DNA of 42,854 bases from Catajapyx aquilonaris (GCA_000934665.2 KZ538880.1:1-42854); one strand, 5' to 3'. Shown: positions 7,831 to 19,312, numbered from the stretch's first letter. Made by a program: numbers and translations. The notes: generated by a model not told the origin, from the letters alone.

Positions 7831-10707
7831 CCTTTACACATGGTCATTCCATCCTTACTCATCCCCCCGTTACAGTAGATCAATTTCCCACTTCTTGCTA
7901 GTTCAGGAATCAGTGGAGAAGTCCCTGTGTGTGCAGTTAATGGTAAAAAGTAATCCGCAATTACCGGCTCTTTAGGTACTGGTAGCTAAAGACGTACCCA
8001 AGTCAGCCACAGAAGTTGGCAAGATGCATCCGGAAGAGAATGGCCACACTCATGAGCTTCCAGGCGTGTCCGACGGGACCAAGATTCTTCCAGAAACGTT
8101 CGACGACTTCCTAGGGGAAGTCGTAAGCCCCGAGATACGCTCGAAGATCCGTGCGGTGCTTTCCCAACATCCGGAAGGGATCACGTCGGACCAGCTCAAG
8201 CAAATGTACAAGGAGACATACGGTGCGGACCTTCCGCTTGCCGATCTGGGCTGCGATTCTGTACTGCAGCTGGCTCGGCATCTGACCGCTGTAGTAACGC
8301 TGGGCCAAACAAACGGAAATTGCCTTCTGTTCGACAGCCACGGGCACAAACCATCTCAGCAAGCAGCTAGGAGCAGCTCTCCCGCAGCCGAAGCAAATGG
8401 ACGGGTGGCACATGCGGACAAAGTGAACGCATCGGTTGCACATTTGGACAAACTGAACGCAGTGGTTGCACGTCGGGACAAACTGAATGGACCGGACTAT
8501 GAGGCCAAACTGTTACAGTGCATCCAACAGTTTAAGGAAGGCCTGGCGTACCAAAACATTGCGCAGGAGTTCAAGAAATTTACTGGGGAGGAGCTTCACG
8601 TAGGCCCGAACACAACGTTGGAGTGCATGTTAGCGGACATGAAGCCAGACATTGAGCTGTCGTACTCATGTAACGGCCTCAGGATAATCCCAGGCCGAAA
8701 GAGGCCGACTGTAAGTCAACACGGTATGGTCGCATTTCACGCTTAATAATTTTTTTTTGTAAAATGCAGCGTGCGAGTAACGCCAGAGAGGAGTCGGCTT
8801 CGGAGGTTCCGCAGCCTCAAGTCGTGTATGTCCCACCTGACGTTGTGGCCTTGGGCGAACAGTTTGTCTTCGAGACCTTGCCAGACTTCCAGACCATGGA
8901 CGAACTTGTGATTGTGGACGTCCAGGTGGTGGAGTACCGTTCGCCTTACGTGATCTTCTTCCACATCAAGGGCTGCCCCAAGTTCGAAGAGATGATGGAG
9001 CGAATGGGGCAGTTTTACGATGGACCGGACGGAAACAATTACATCATGCCTGAATCAGAGGTTATGGTCGGACGGATCTGCGCCGTTCCTTACACCGGCA
9101 TCTGGCACCGAGCCGTCATCACGTCACGAAAAGACAATGCAATCGGGGTAAGTCCACTGTTTGTAGCCGACAATTCATGTACCTCTAAACCCGGCTGTTT
9201 TCCAGATCAACTACGTGGACTATGGGACTAACGGTCAGGTGCACAGCCGGAATATGATCCGGCTGCTTCGTCAGGAGTACTTCACTCTTCCGGCGCAGGG
9301 AATCCGAGCCCGACTTTGCGGCGTTAAACCCATGGAGGAAAAGTGGCCGGGCGGCTCGATCCAGTTCTTATGGAACTATATTAACAGGCCGCTAGAGTTG
9401 AAGGCCTGTAATGTCCACTATAACATTGAAGTGAGTACAATAATCTCGCGGATAATGACACAATTTAAATGCAATTATTTACAGAGAAGTGCTCCAGATG
9501 TGGTTTTGCTGGATGTGACAGGTGGGAGCGTGACGTGCCTGAACGAGCTGATGATCAGCAGAGGGTTAGCAGAGGAGATTCCAGGGTGGCGATCGGTAAT
9601 GCAATATCCGCCTGGGCGTTACGAACGTGAGCCACATTCGGTTTCATTTCAGGTATTCAATCGCACGAAGGCGGCTCTTTCGGCCAGTTATCCTGCGGCT
9701 GTCGCACCCGCACCTGCCTTCGCAATGTCGTCTCATCCGATTGACAAGGTGAGCAGTTGGCTGCTGGCCAGCGCTTCCCTGTCCCCGTCGCCTGAAATGA
9801 CGCCGCAGAAACAAGCAGTGGCTCTGAACGGCCGAACCAGTGCAAGCCCAACTGCTCCGTCCGTCGCCTGTCCGGAAATGATGTCTTGGAACGACATGGT
9901 CAAAAAGGTCAGCCTGAGCGTCGCAACAGCCACGAAGACACCGCGTGGCGGACTAATAAGCGACAAGGCAGCGGCGTACCTCAGCCCAGACGCCGCCGTG
10001 GCCATGAACGGGTGAGATCACATGTTAGGATGAATCAAGCGGGAACTAATACGTTGCGGTTACAGATGGACAGGCTTCACTGCAGTTGACACCGAGAGTG
10101 TCGCCAGTCGCAGCCTCTTCTTGCGTGAGCCGCGATACGTCAAGGCATTCTGTAAGTACAAATCGTACATACTGATTGACGTTGCTCATGCGATGTTACG
10201 GTTGCAGCCTTGCCGTCAGGGAAGCGGGTTCATATGATTAACGTGAACGATGCGGCTTACATGACCGGGGCGGAGATTTCCTCGCTATTCCTTGACTGGC
10301 GGGGGATGGATCTCCTGGAAGAGATGCTGAAGAAGAAGGTGTTGGACGTCCCGTCTATGCAGGTCTATCGGTCGGAGAATCCGGTTCTGTTCAGACAAAT
10401 GCACAGGTGAGCGTTCAAAGCTACGTATTCAGATTCTGTTTCGTAACCGATGAACTTTGCAGAATGATGGTGCCAGGCTGCTTTCATGTCGCGACGGAGG
10501 TGATAACGGACAGTGTGACGCTTTACAGCATGTGGTATGTGGGGCAAGTGTTGATGCATCTGAACCATCCGAGCGCCGAAGTAATTACGGCGATTGAGGT
10601 GAGTTCGTTACCCTCATGATCCTTTACCCGTTAATTGTTTCCCCCGCACATTTCAGAATATTTCGGACACTTTCAATCACCTGGACGGATACTGGATGGG
10701 TTACTAG
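6112..10707 (+). CDS. TDRD5: Tudor domain-containing protein 5-like (Tejas/TDRD5 family): 4 LOTUS/OST-HTH domains + extended Tudor + C-terminal domain, ~1141 aa
   Basis: 13 exons: 6112-6186, 6243-6694, 6751-6926, 7307-7749, 7976-8710, 8770-9147, 9206-9430, 9485-9595, 9653-10011, 10066-10151, 10208-10406, 10463-10598, 10657-10707 (3426 nt, all GT-AG, phases consistent). LOTUS1 is IRSTLLAEKDGL...YRDMVG...LGY...SIPDTV with the C-terminal extension VADASTAHVKELV. Further LOTUS motifs: HTQGLSYAELLRQY, QHPEGITSDQLKQMYKETYG, FKEGLAYQNIAQEFKKFTG. Tudor: SPYVIFFH...CAVPYTGIWHRAVI...YVDYG...LPAQGIRARLCGVKP. A single Tudor favours TDRD5 over TDRD7. Confidence 0.85.
7775..7927 (-). mobile_element. 5'-truncated non-LTR retrotransposon/SINE fragment with (ATT)n tail in intron 4 of the TDRD5-like gene
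   Basis: 14-bp direct repeat TGTGTGCAGTTAAT at 7761-7774 and 7928-7941. An (AAT)n run (~7777-7830) forms the tail on the minus strand. The homologous 54-bp intron of the duplicate (2098-2151) lacks the insert. Confidence 0.75.
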
Positions 10708-11620
10708 CTTAAAAATGGTGCTGTTCCTACGCCTCAATGAGGAGGCGACAATTAGTCGCCGCATTTCATCATGTTTTTTGTATTTTTGTTTGTCATTTTC
10801 ATAAGGAGTCATCATGTTTGTGTTGCTTTATAAGACAAGAGATTAACTCCAGAGCGGAGTTTACTTTTTTACCATTGCCTGTATGATATCCAGACAATTT
10901 AAAGGGGGCTGAGTTGTACGAACGCAAATTAATGGAAGATCGCCTATGATTGTCACGCACTTGCGTTCACTCAACCAGCGCCTTCTCAAAAGTATTGGGA
11001 TACCGTACTTTCTTTTTTGTGGAAATAAAAAACTTGTATGTTTGTTAACAGATTTGTTTTGTTATTTTGGAATGAACTTCGATGAACGGTGTTCCTGGGG
11101 TGGCCCCACGTACTTGAACCAGTCTGTGTACGACCTCAGCGCGATCCAAGCCGGAGGTACGTAGCGTAATGCAGGCGGCTAGCAGGGTACGTTACGTGGC
11201 ACAGTGTGGTAATAAATGCATCTCAGTACCCCCCCCCCCCCCNCCCCCCCCTAGCTGCGCAATTATTATTCCATAACTTTCACTAAACTCTCAACTTGTC
11301 ATTAAACATAATTATAAAAAGAGTACATTTCAGTTTGAATTTTCCCGCTGTCCGTGTCCGAATAGTCCGACACCGGTTACGTCACTGTCACGTGACGGCA
11401 GCGTCCAAAACCGCGCTAATTTTTCAGCCAATCAGAGAGCAGCTGGACGATACCATCGATCGATAGCATCATTTTCCATCATTTTTTTGGTGACACATTG
11501 TTGTGAGGTGACATGTGATGGTGACAGGCCGAAATTGGTGACAAAAAAAAGTGACTCAGGATCCCTAAAGGTTTGTACTTGTCATAGAAATAATAACAAT
11601 CCGTTTATACACACTGTTTA

Positions 11621-11702
11621 TCCATGGAAATTGTTTGCCTGTTTGTTTGTCCATGGAAATTGTTTGCTTGTTTGTTTGTCCATGGAAATTGGTTTGTCCA
11701 TC
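11621..11702. repeat. 29-bp tandem repeat (tccatggaaattgtttgc(c/t)tgtttgtttg), ~2.8 copies
   Basis: Read directly upstream of the torsin-like gene. Confidence 0.85.
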
Positions 11703-11823
11703 GCAGTAATGATGGAGCAGGCATTGTTTAATTAAATTGTACATGACTTGTCATCACCCGGCAACTTGCATACCGTATATTAATTTTTATGTCGGCAGGT
11801 CATGTGAAGGGCGGAGGGGAACG

Positions 11824-12964
11824 ATGGAGACGGATCATAGTCCAAACGGGCCCAACAGCCCCCTGGTGCGGCGCAGGAGGCAGCTGCACCTGAACCGTGC
11901 GGTTGTGCCGTACTACGGTCTGCAGCGGCATGTCATGCACTCCCTAGGGAGGCAGCCGATGGTGCCGCAGATGTACAGGGGGGCCATCCGTAAGTGCACG
12001 TCAAATCAGGCGCAAATGGCACGCCAACTAATTACTTATTGTACGTACCGGTAGCGCAAGTTGCAACCGAACCGACGGGATGTACAGAGAGCGAGGCGTC
12101 AGAGGAGGAAGAACCGGTGGAGCAGGAGACAAACAGCGTCGCGTGGAAAGGACTAGCCATATTCCTAACCATTGTTGTCATAGCGCTTACAGCCGTAATG
12201 AGCGTACAATGGGTAACGTGCGAAGTGCAAAAAGGCAGAACGATCGACATCCCAGCGTTGAACCGGACGTTACGAGAGACCATCGTGGGTCAAGACGCTG
12301 CCATGTCGTCAATCGTTCAGGCTCTTACGAATTACGCGGACAACCCAGGTTAGTACGCACCGTACGACATGGCGCAGATGCACTAATTGGTTTAATTGCA
12401 GGTAACAAGCCGGTCGTGCTGATCCTGCAAGGTTGGACCGGCGTCGGGAAAACTTTAACGGCGCAAGTAATCGCAAGGCATTTCAAGTCGCATGGATTGG
12501 ACGTGCATTACCGCATTTCATCGCTGCTTGTGTCCAACATGACCGTGTCCACATGCGGATTGAGCCTCGTTGTACTGGACGATGCGGACAGCTCACACCG
12601 GACGTTCGTCGCCGATGTGATTCAAGCCAGCAGACAGCCTACGGTGATCATACTAGTGACCAGAAACTTGCCGGTAGACTTTGGCTTCAGCGACGAATCA
12701 AACTCGCATGCGATGAGGTTCCGTACGATTGCGGACGAACTCGGGTGCGAGTCGCACATGGCCCAGTTCAAGATGCTGAGCCGGAATGACGTGAGGGAAT
12801 GCGTCAGAAGATATTTAGACGGGGAATCAACGGCGATGGAGGACAGTGTGTTGGATCTGCTCAGTTTCTTCAACCTCGGAGAGACCGAGTTTGCGAAATT
12901 CGGCTGCAAACAAGCCCGAATAATGGCCAACTACGTGGCGGAAAAATCTGCGCTGAACATTTAA
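11824..12964 (+). CDS. Divergent membrane-anchored torsin-like AAA+ protein (Torsin-4A / LAP1-LULL1-like topology), ~340 aa
   Basis: Exons 11824-11989, 12055-12348, 12402-12964 (GT-AG, both phase 1). A basic then acidic N-terminus precedes the TM segment LAIFLTIVVIALTAVMSV. Torsin motifs: LRETIVGQDAA, KPVVLILQGWTGVGKT (Walker A), LVVLDDAD (altered Walker B), FAKFGCK (sensor II). AATAAA at 13041. Confidence 0.85.
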
Positions 12965-13177
12965 AACGCTTTGCTCCTGTTACGTGACTGTGATATTACG
13001 CAATTATTTTTTACTTACGACCTTGTAAATCTGTTGGGCTAATAAATATCCAATGGTCTCATGGCCTGTGATTGATGGCGTTTCTTGCGAACGGACATTT
13101 TGGCGACAAGCTTTCAATCTCGATAAATTTGATCAATATCCGGTTTTAAAAGGCGGGTTGTCACCGTTGCGTCAACG

Positions 13178-15290
13178 ATGATCGGGGTCGTACTTGTACT
13201 GACCGTATGTAGGGCGTACACACTGTATCCAATGCCCCTTAACGCTGATGTGGCGAAGGTTAATCGCGACTCGGCAGTCGCAGCGGACCTGATCCGTCAC
13301 ATTCTTGCGGCCGATGCATACGGCTGCTGTCCCAGATTTTACCATGACTTTGAGATTGTTCCGCTGACATTTCAAGCGCTTCTGCATGGCCTAAGTTCAC
13401 GCCTGTCTCCGTACGCTCTGTACCGCGTATTGGACTGGAAGGCCGTAGGTTCAGGACGGTACGAACCGCATCAGGTGCTGAACTTTCTACCGCAATGGAC
13501 CTGCTCGACTGCAGACCGTAAGCTCCCGCTGTCACCTCCGATGCCCAACGGTCCATGCGTCGTACACATCATAATTGCATCAGGCAAGTACGCACAGAGA
13601 ACAGCGGACATGTTGTGTTACATGTCACGCCGAGGCAACGCAGGACAAGACATAGTGATGAACCATCATTTATTCTTCTACTGGAACCGAGACGGAACTG
13701 AAGAGTCGCTAACGACTGCGAAGGATCCGTCGGTATTCAAGCACAATCTGCATGCGACCATCCAGGGGAAGAGCGTCCGACTGTACCGCAGCAATTGCAA
13801 CCGTAAGTACACTGCGACTAAGTCCCGCCCGAAATTTACTGTTCAATTTTCAGAGACGAGACTGATCAACTTTTACAACGTTTCCGTTGCGGACTTGATT
13901 GTTCCGGTGAAGTTGTTCGAAGAGCCGTCCTGTCGCTTCAACGGTATCGAAGTGCCGTTCATGGTGCTCGTACCATTCGGCGGGTTGTCCGGCCGGATAC
14001 GTGAAGACATTAACGACACTCATCCGCTGTACACTGGTCCGCGATGGATGCGAGACCTAGGTCGCTCCATGAACTTCGTCGCAAACCAGCATTTCGGCGG
14101 GATGCACCATTTCTTCCGGTCCTTCGGAAACGGCACGTGCGAGGTCCGTATTTGCTCTGATTATTTAACCGCAATGTAACCGCGATTGTATCCAGCAGGG
14201 CTACACAGGATTGTTGCACATGAAGCGATACGTGGTCGCCCTGCATCTGCAGCTTCCCCAGATGCATGGGTCGTACGATGCGATCATGGTGCAGTACCCG
14301 TACTTCTACGACTGGTTCACCTTCTACATAATCAACCCGCAGGTCGTCTTCTCCTGGACGTCGTTCATGGAGCCGTTTTCAACCAGTATGTGGTCCGTCT
14401 CGTTGGTAATGTACATCGGATCGTCTGTCGCACTCTGGGGCTTATGGCGCACGGTGCGGATGCACGGTTCGCTCGGACGCAGCTTTCAGGATCTGTACGC
14501 CGTGCTGCTGACCCAAGCGGCGGAGATGCCAGCGAATCTGACTGTCCGCACTTACATGGCCACGGTGCTTCTCTGCTTCATGGTGCTGGTTTGGGCATAC
14601 CAGAGCATCCTCTTCGTGTTTCTGATGAAGCCTAGGAAGGAGCACATACCCGAGTCATTCGAGGAGTTAGCTCAGAGCGACTACTACTGGGTGTTCTACG
14701 AGGTGATCCTGCGTGACCAGCTGGCTAATTACGCCGCACTTCCAGACGTCAAAGCGTTCCGGGCTGTCCTTCCGAAGATGCAAACCCGCTTCCTCGTGGA
14801 AGGGTCCGAAGCGCTGTGTCTCGGTTCGTGCATACAATCGCCAAAGAACGCTTGTATCGGCACACGCTTCTTCGCAGACCAGACCAAGTTAAAGTTCTAC
14901 AGCGACCGGCTGGGTAATCCGATGCTGACTAGAGCCCCGGACAAGTTCTTCCAGTTTGGATTCACCATTGCGGCCACCCGGGACTGGCCGTACTGGGAGC
15001 TTCTGTTGAAGTCGGTCCTGCGATGGTTCGAAGGCGGTATTACGCCTTGGTGGTACGACTATATGGCGTTGCAGTCGTGGTTCGCAACCAGAAGGCCTAA
15101 TCAGACCAAGCTGGTGGAGGAAATCGATGATGGTACGTCGCTCCGGCCAATTCGCTGGGGGATGGTGCAAGGCGTATTCGCTTTACTATTCGCAGGGTAC
15201 GTCCTAGCTGCGGTGAGCTTCATGTACGAGGTGATGGCCGGATGCTGGACAAGGCGGAAAAGACAGCCTGCACGCATCTTTATAAAATAG
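13178..15290 (+). CDS. Divergent ionotropic receptor (IR, variant iGluR family chemoreceptor), ~668 aa
   Basis: Exons 13178-13802, 13854-14143, 14199-15290. Signal peptide MIGVVLVLTVCRA; S1-like GNGTCEGYTGLL; PFSTSMW+M1; pore LYAVLLTQA; M3 RTYMATVLLCFMVLVWAYQSILFVFL; S2 PESFEELAQS...RWFEGGI; M4 GVFALLFAGYVLAAVSFMYE. The first intron (51 bp, in frame) is less certain. Confidence 0.85.
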
Positions 15291-15376
15291 CGCTGATTGA
15301 CATGCAATGTTGAAATGTAGACATGCACTTTATTCAATAATGAGTGGCGGATGATCTAGTATTAATGAAGCGTCAG

Positions 15377-17686
15377 TCAGAGTTCGTCTTTCATTGCTGC
15401 ACCGATTGAGTACATGTAGCGGTCCACTTTTTGCGCCACTCTTTTGCAGCCGGTGGTTGAAAACAGCTTGGCGTCGTCCGGCCAGTAGATCAGCTCGTCC
15501 GCTATTTCCCTGCAAAGTGGCGGTGTTAACGACAGGCCTGTTGCACCGACAGTGGTACTTACGAGACGGCTGCGTCGTCAAGGGTCAGTTGGTAGTCGGT
15601 TTGAACCCGATTCTGTATGCATAAGATGACGTGCTTCCTCTCCATTGGGAAGAAAGGCACGTAGTAATTAACGAGGCTTCCGCCAACGACGTCGCTCAGG
15701 TGCAGCCCGCCCTTCTCGTTGAAGGCGCCTTGTTGCAGCAGATGCTCCACATCTGCAACGAGTAGGCGTCCCTGTGTACAAATCAGTAGGCCCCCCGATT
15801 AGAGGGGAGGGTGCGAGACCCACCTCTGAACCTGATGTCCTCCCGTCTCATCCCCTCTGTCCAGGCGTCGTAGGCCATGGACTTGAGCGCCCCCCCTCCC
15901 GTGTTGCTGAGGAAGACGAAGACGGAGTGGCGGTGGTTGACCCCGTCGATGTTGTCGTGGAAGTCCAGGAAGGGCTTCAGGGCGTCGATCATCCCCACGG
16001 GCATCTTGTCGATCTCGTCAAACACGTACAATGAGTGGGCGCATCTGGACGTGTTGCCGCTTATCCAGGAACGCAGCTGGTCCTGGAGAATGAAAAGAAA
16101 AAAAAAAACACCCCAATATTTACAACACACAGGTCAGGTCATGTCAGGTCACGTCGGGTACGGTAATGTTATATCAGTTCAGGATAGTGAACTGATATAA
16201 CCTAACAGGCTATTATAACTGAACATGACCTAACTAATATAATAGCTGAATGTATAGCTAAACCTAACTAACCTAACAGCAAAATATGACCTATTATAAC
16301 TAATACAGCTGCCCATGAACTAATATAACTAATACAGCTGTCCATGAACTTATGTAACTAATACAGCTGCCCATGAACTTATGTAACTAATATAACTGAC
16401 CATGAACTGATATAACTAATACAGCTGTCCATGAACTTATGTAACTAATACAGCTGTCCATGAACTAATATAACTAATACAGCTGCCCATGAGCTGATAT
16501 AACTAATACAGCTGCCCATGAGCTGATATAACTAATATAACTGACCATGAGCTGATATAACTAATATAACTGTCCATGAACTAATATAACTAATACAGCT
16601 GCTTATGAACTAATATATCTGCCCATGAACTGATATAACTGACCATGAACTAATATAACTGACCATGAACTAATATAACTAATACAGCTGACCATGAACT
16701 GATATAACTGCCCATAAACTGATATAACTAATATAACTGTCCATGAACTAATATAACTAATACAGCTGACCATGAACTAATATAACTGCCCATAAACTGA
16801 TATAACTAATATAACTACCCATGAAGTAATATAACTAATACAGCTGACCATGAACTAATATAACTGACCATGGCCTAAACTAGTATATTCACTCATGGTA
16901 TTAGGTTATATTAGTCAGTTACATTAGGTCATGTTCAGCTATATTAGTTTAGCTCATGTTCAGCTATATTAGTTTAGCTCATGTTTGGCTATATTAGTTT
17001 AGCTCATGTTCAGCTATATTGGTTTCAGCCATGTTCAGCTATATTAGTTTAGATCACCTTAGGTTAGTCTATGTTCGGCTATATTAGTTTAGGTGACATT
17101 AGGTTAGGTCATGTTCAGTTACATGAGTTTCGGGCTCTGTGTTAATTCAGGGATAATGTTAGGTTGACTTGCCGCGTATCGAGGGACGTCCTTCTCGTGT
17201 GGGAAGTGTATGGGGGAGATGTACTGGTGGACGTAGCGGCTCTTCATCCCCTCCACGGGGTAGAGGGCCTGGGCCACGAAGTTGCTGACGTAGTTCTTCC
17301 CCGTCCCTGTCCAGCCGTGGAAGGAGAGCACCAGGGCCTTGGAGGGGTTGGGGTTCCTCACGTGCTGGCCCACAGCAGCCATGATCAGCTCCTTGGCCAG
17401 GTGCTGCCCGTGGAGGTGGCTGTCCAGGCTGTGCTGGAGCCCTGCAATGACGATGGTCAGCTTGCTTCGGGGGATAACCACAGCGTACGTATAATATACT
17501 CCTACTGGTCATGTCGGCCTTGCTCCAGCCTTCGTTGCAGCACTCGGCGAAGCTGCAGTAGACGAACCTCATGGCGTGGTAGAACCCGCTGCCTATCCCA
17601 CCGGTGCCTCCACCAGAACCGGACTCTCCTGCTCCAGCGAGGCACACGACCATCACCAGCAGCACCAGGTGGTGGTACCTCCGCAT
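15377..17686 (-). CDS. Torsin: Torsin (Torsin-1A-like ER/perinuclear AAA+ ATPase), ~343 aa, C-terminal KDEL
   Basis: Exons 17686-17506, 17441-17173, 16082-15824, 15752-15563, 15509-15377. Signal peptide; YCSFAECC; LHGQHLA; KALVLSFHGWTGTGKNYV (Walker A); YVFDEIDK (Walker B); FLSN (sensor I); YVPFFPMERKHV; IADEL; FSTTGCKRV (sensor II); ends AMKDEL*. Minus-strand AATAAA at 15334-15329. Confidence 0.95.
16165..17118. repeat. AT-rich minisatellite/foldback array in torsin intron 2
   Basis: ~19/28-bp units (ccatgaactaatataactaatacagctg) over ~16300-16870, then related ~25-bp units in inverted orientation (tcatgttcagctatattagtttagc) over ~16928-17118. Confidence 0.9.
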
Positions 17687-17909
17687 TGTCACTCGTCCCC
17701 CTGCAGTGTAGTACTTACTATTACAAACTAACTAAACGGCATTTCAAGGAAACTAGAGAGAATATAATCCAAACCTGATAAAACAAGCCGTCACATTGCC
17801 ACAAAAATCACCCGGTCAAAGTCCACAGACAGACACACTCTTTGCTGAAAAGTTGAAATGTGCAAACGTGGCTATACCATCGCGACAAAAGCACTATTGA
17901 ATATCGCCA

Positions 17910-18128
17910 GGAAATCGATACATCCGTCTATTGGAATCGATATTTATGCACAGTATCGATTCGGAATCGATATGTCGACTAAACATCGATATGTTACGCA
18001 GTATTGCCTTGAATCGATATTTTGCACTGCATCGGCTTTGGATCGATATGGTGGGTTGGGGAATCGATATCTCTGCTTCAATATCGGCATGGAATCGATA
18101 CTTGCTTCAATCATGATATCGATATCGC
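17910..18128. promoter_or_regulatory. Dense cluster of ATCGAT(A) (DRE/BEAF-like) motifs upstream of torsin
   Basis: About ten ATCGAT hexamers in ~220 bp, including TATCGATA near 18117-18124. It could equally be a transposon subterminal array. Confidence 0.4.
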
Positions 18129-18814
18129 GAACTTCAGCAACCATGATCTAATTAAATGATTTAACACCGCACTATTTAATACATTTCCAATTAGCTACTT
18201 ACTCTCACTCGAGCCTAATCTATTTATTTAAAGAACGTTCGTTGTGATTGTCCCCCCCACACACCCGCTTGTACCGTCCTTCACCATTGGTCCATCCGGC
18301 GTCCAATCACAGCCTTGGTTCCATAGGGTAAGCCCCGCCCACATTGGTTTTTTTTTTGTAAAGAGGAGGAGGAGGAGTGGGAATGGGGAGGAAGGGTTTT
18401 CTTCTCGGAACAGTAGAAGAACTGGAGGAGTGACGGGCGGTGGAGCTGGTCTACTAGTCGTGTCTGGCTGGGGGCAAAAGGAAGAAGAAGAAGAGGGCCT
18501 CGCACACTCCGAGGCACTCGTCGGGTGTTGTTGTTGTTGGCCCCTGGTTCTCTCTCCTCCTACTCTAACACAGGACGACTCCCTACAGACTGAAGAGGGG
18601 ACGGGGAAGCTGCCTAGCTGCCCCGAGGATCTTTTTTGGTCAAGAGGCGGGGGGGACCACCACACTCTGCAGGTAATAGAGGAACGTGAAAGGAACGGAA
18701 GAGGGCATTGCACTTGTGTTTCGAACACTGCAACAGGCCTGGTCTAATTATTATTATTATTGCACATGCACTCAAATCATTGCAATGAAATTGCTGACAT
18801 CAACAGATAACAAC

Positions 18815-19312
18815 ATTGTTGGTGAGGGGGGTTGGCTACGCCGCAATATAACGTGTTGGCTACACTTGCATTGTTGGAACACTGCAGTGTAGCCAGCGAT
18901 GCAGGTGCAGCCAACACATTGCGGCGTAGCCAACCCCCACCAACAATTACGTCAACATGAAACGACGCAGTGCTGTGTCAGTTGGCTACGCCGCAATGTG
19001 TTGGCTACACTGCAGTGTTCCAACAATGCAAGTGTAGCCAACACATTATTGCGGCGTAGCCAACTGGCACATACATGTCAATGTAGCCAATGCATGTATG
19101 TGTTGGCTACAGTTACATTGTTGGAACACTGTACAGTGTAGCCAACAATGCAAGTGTACCCAACGCATTGCGGCGTAGCCAACTGGCACATACATGTCAA
19201 TGTAGCCAATGCAAGTATGTGTTGGCTACAGTTACATTGTTGGAACACTGTACAGTGTAGCCAACAATGCAAGTGTACCCAACGCATTGCGGCGTAGCCA
19301 ACTGGCACATAC
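18815..19312. repeat. Palindromic/tandem foldback repeat built from GTTGGCTAC / GTAGCCAAC units
   Basis: Imperfect palindrome at ~18815-18948, a second at ~18980-19065, and a ~119-bp tandem duplication at ~19045-19312. Probably a non-autonomous DNA transposon remnant. Confidence 0.8.

Noticed and set aside
7724..7975. ORF with a poly-isoleucine run
   Set aside because: Translation of the (AAT)n tail inside intron 4.
17164..17778. 204-aa + strand ORF and similar antisense ORFs (1440-1742, 6210-6512, 12622-12930, 39431-39805)
   Set aside because: Shadows of GC-rich coding exons on the opposite strand, with no independent motifs.
18228..18747. Overlapping 166/167-aa ORFs on both strands
   Set aside because: Low-complexity translations of simple repeats with non-ATG starts and no recognisable domain; a non-coding exon cannot be excluded.
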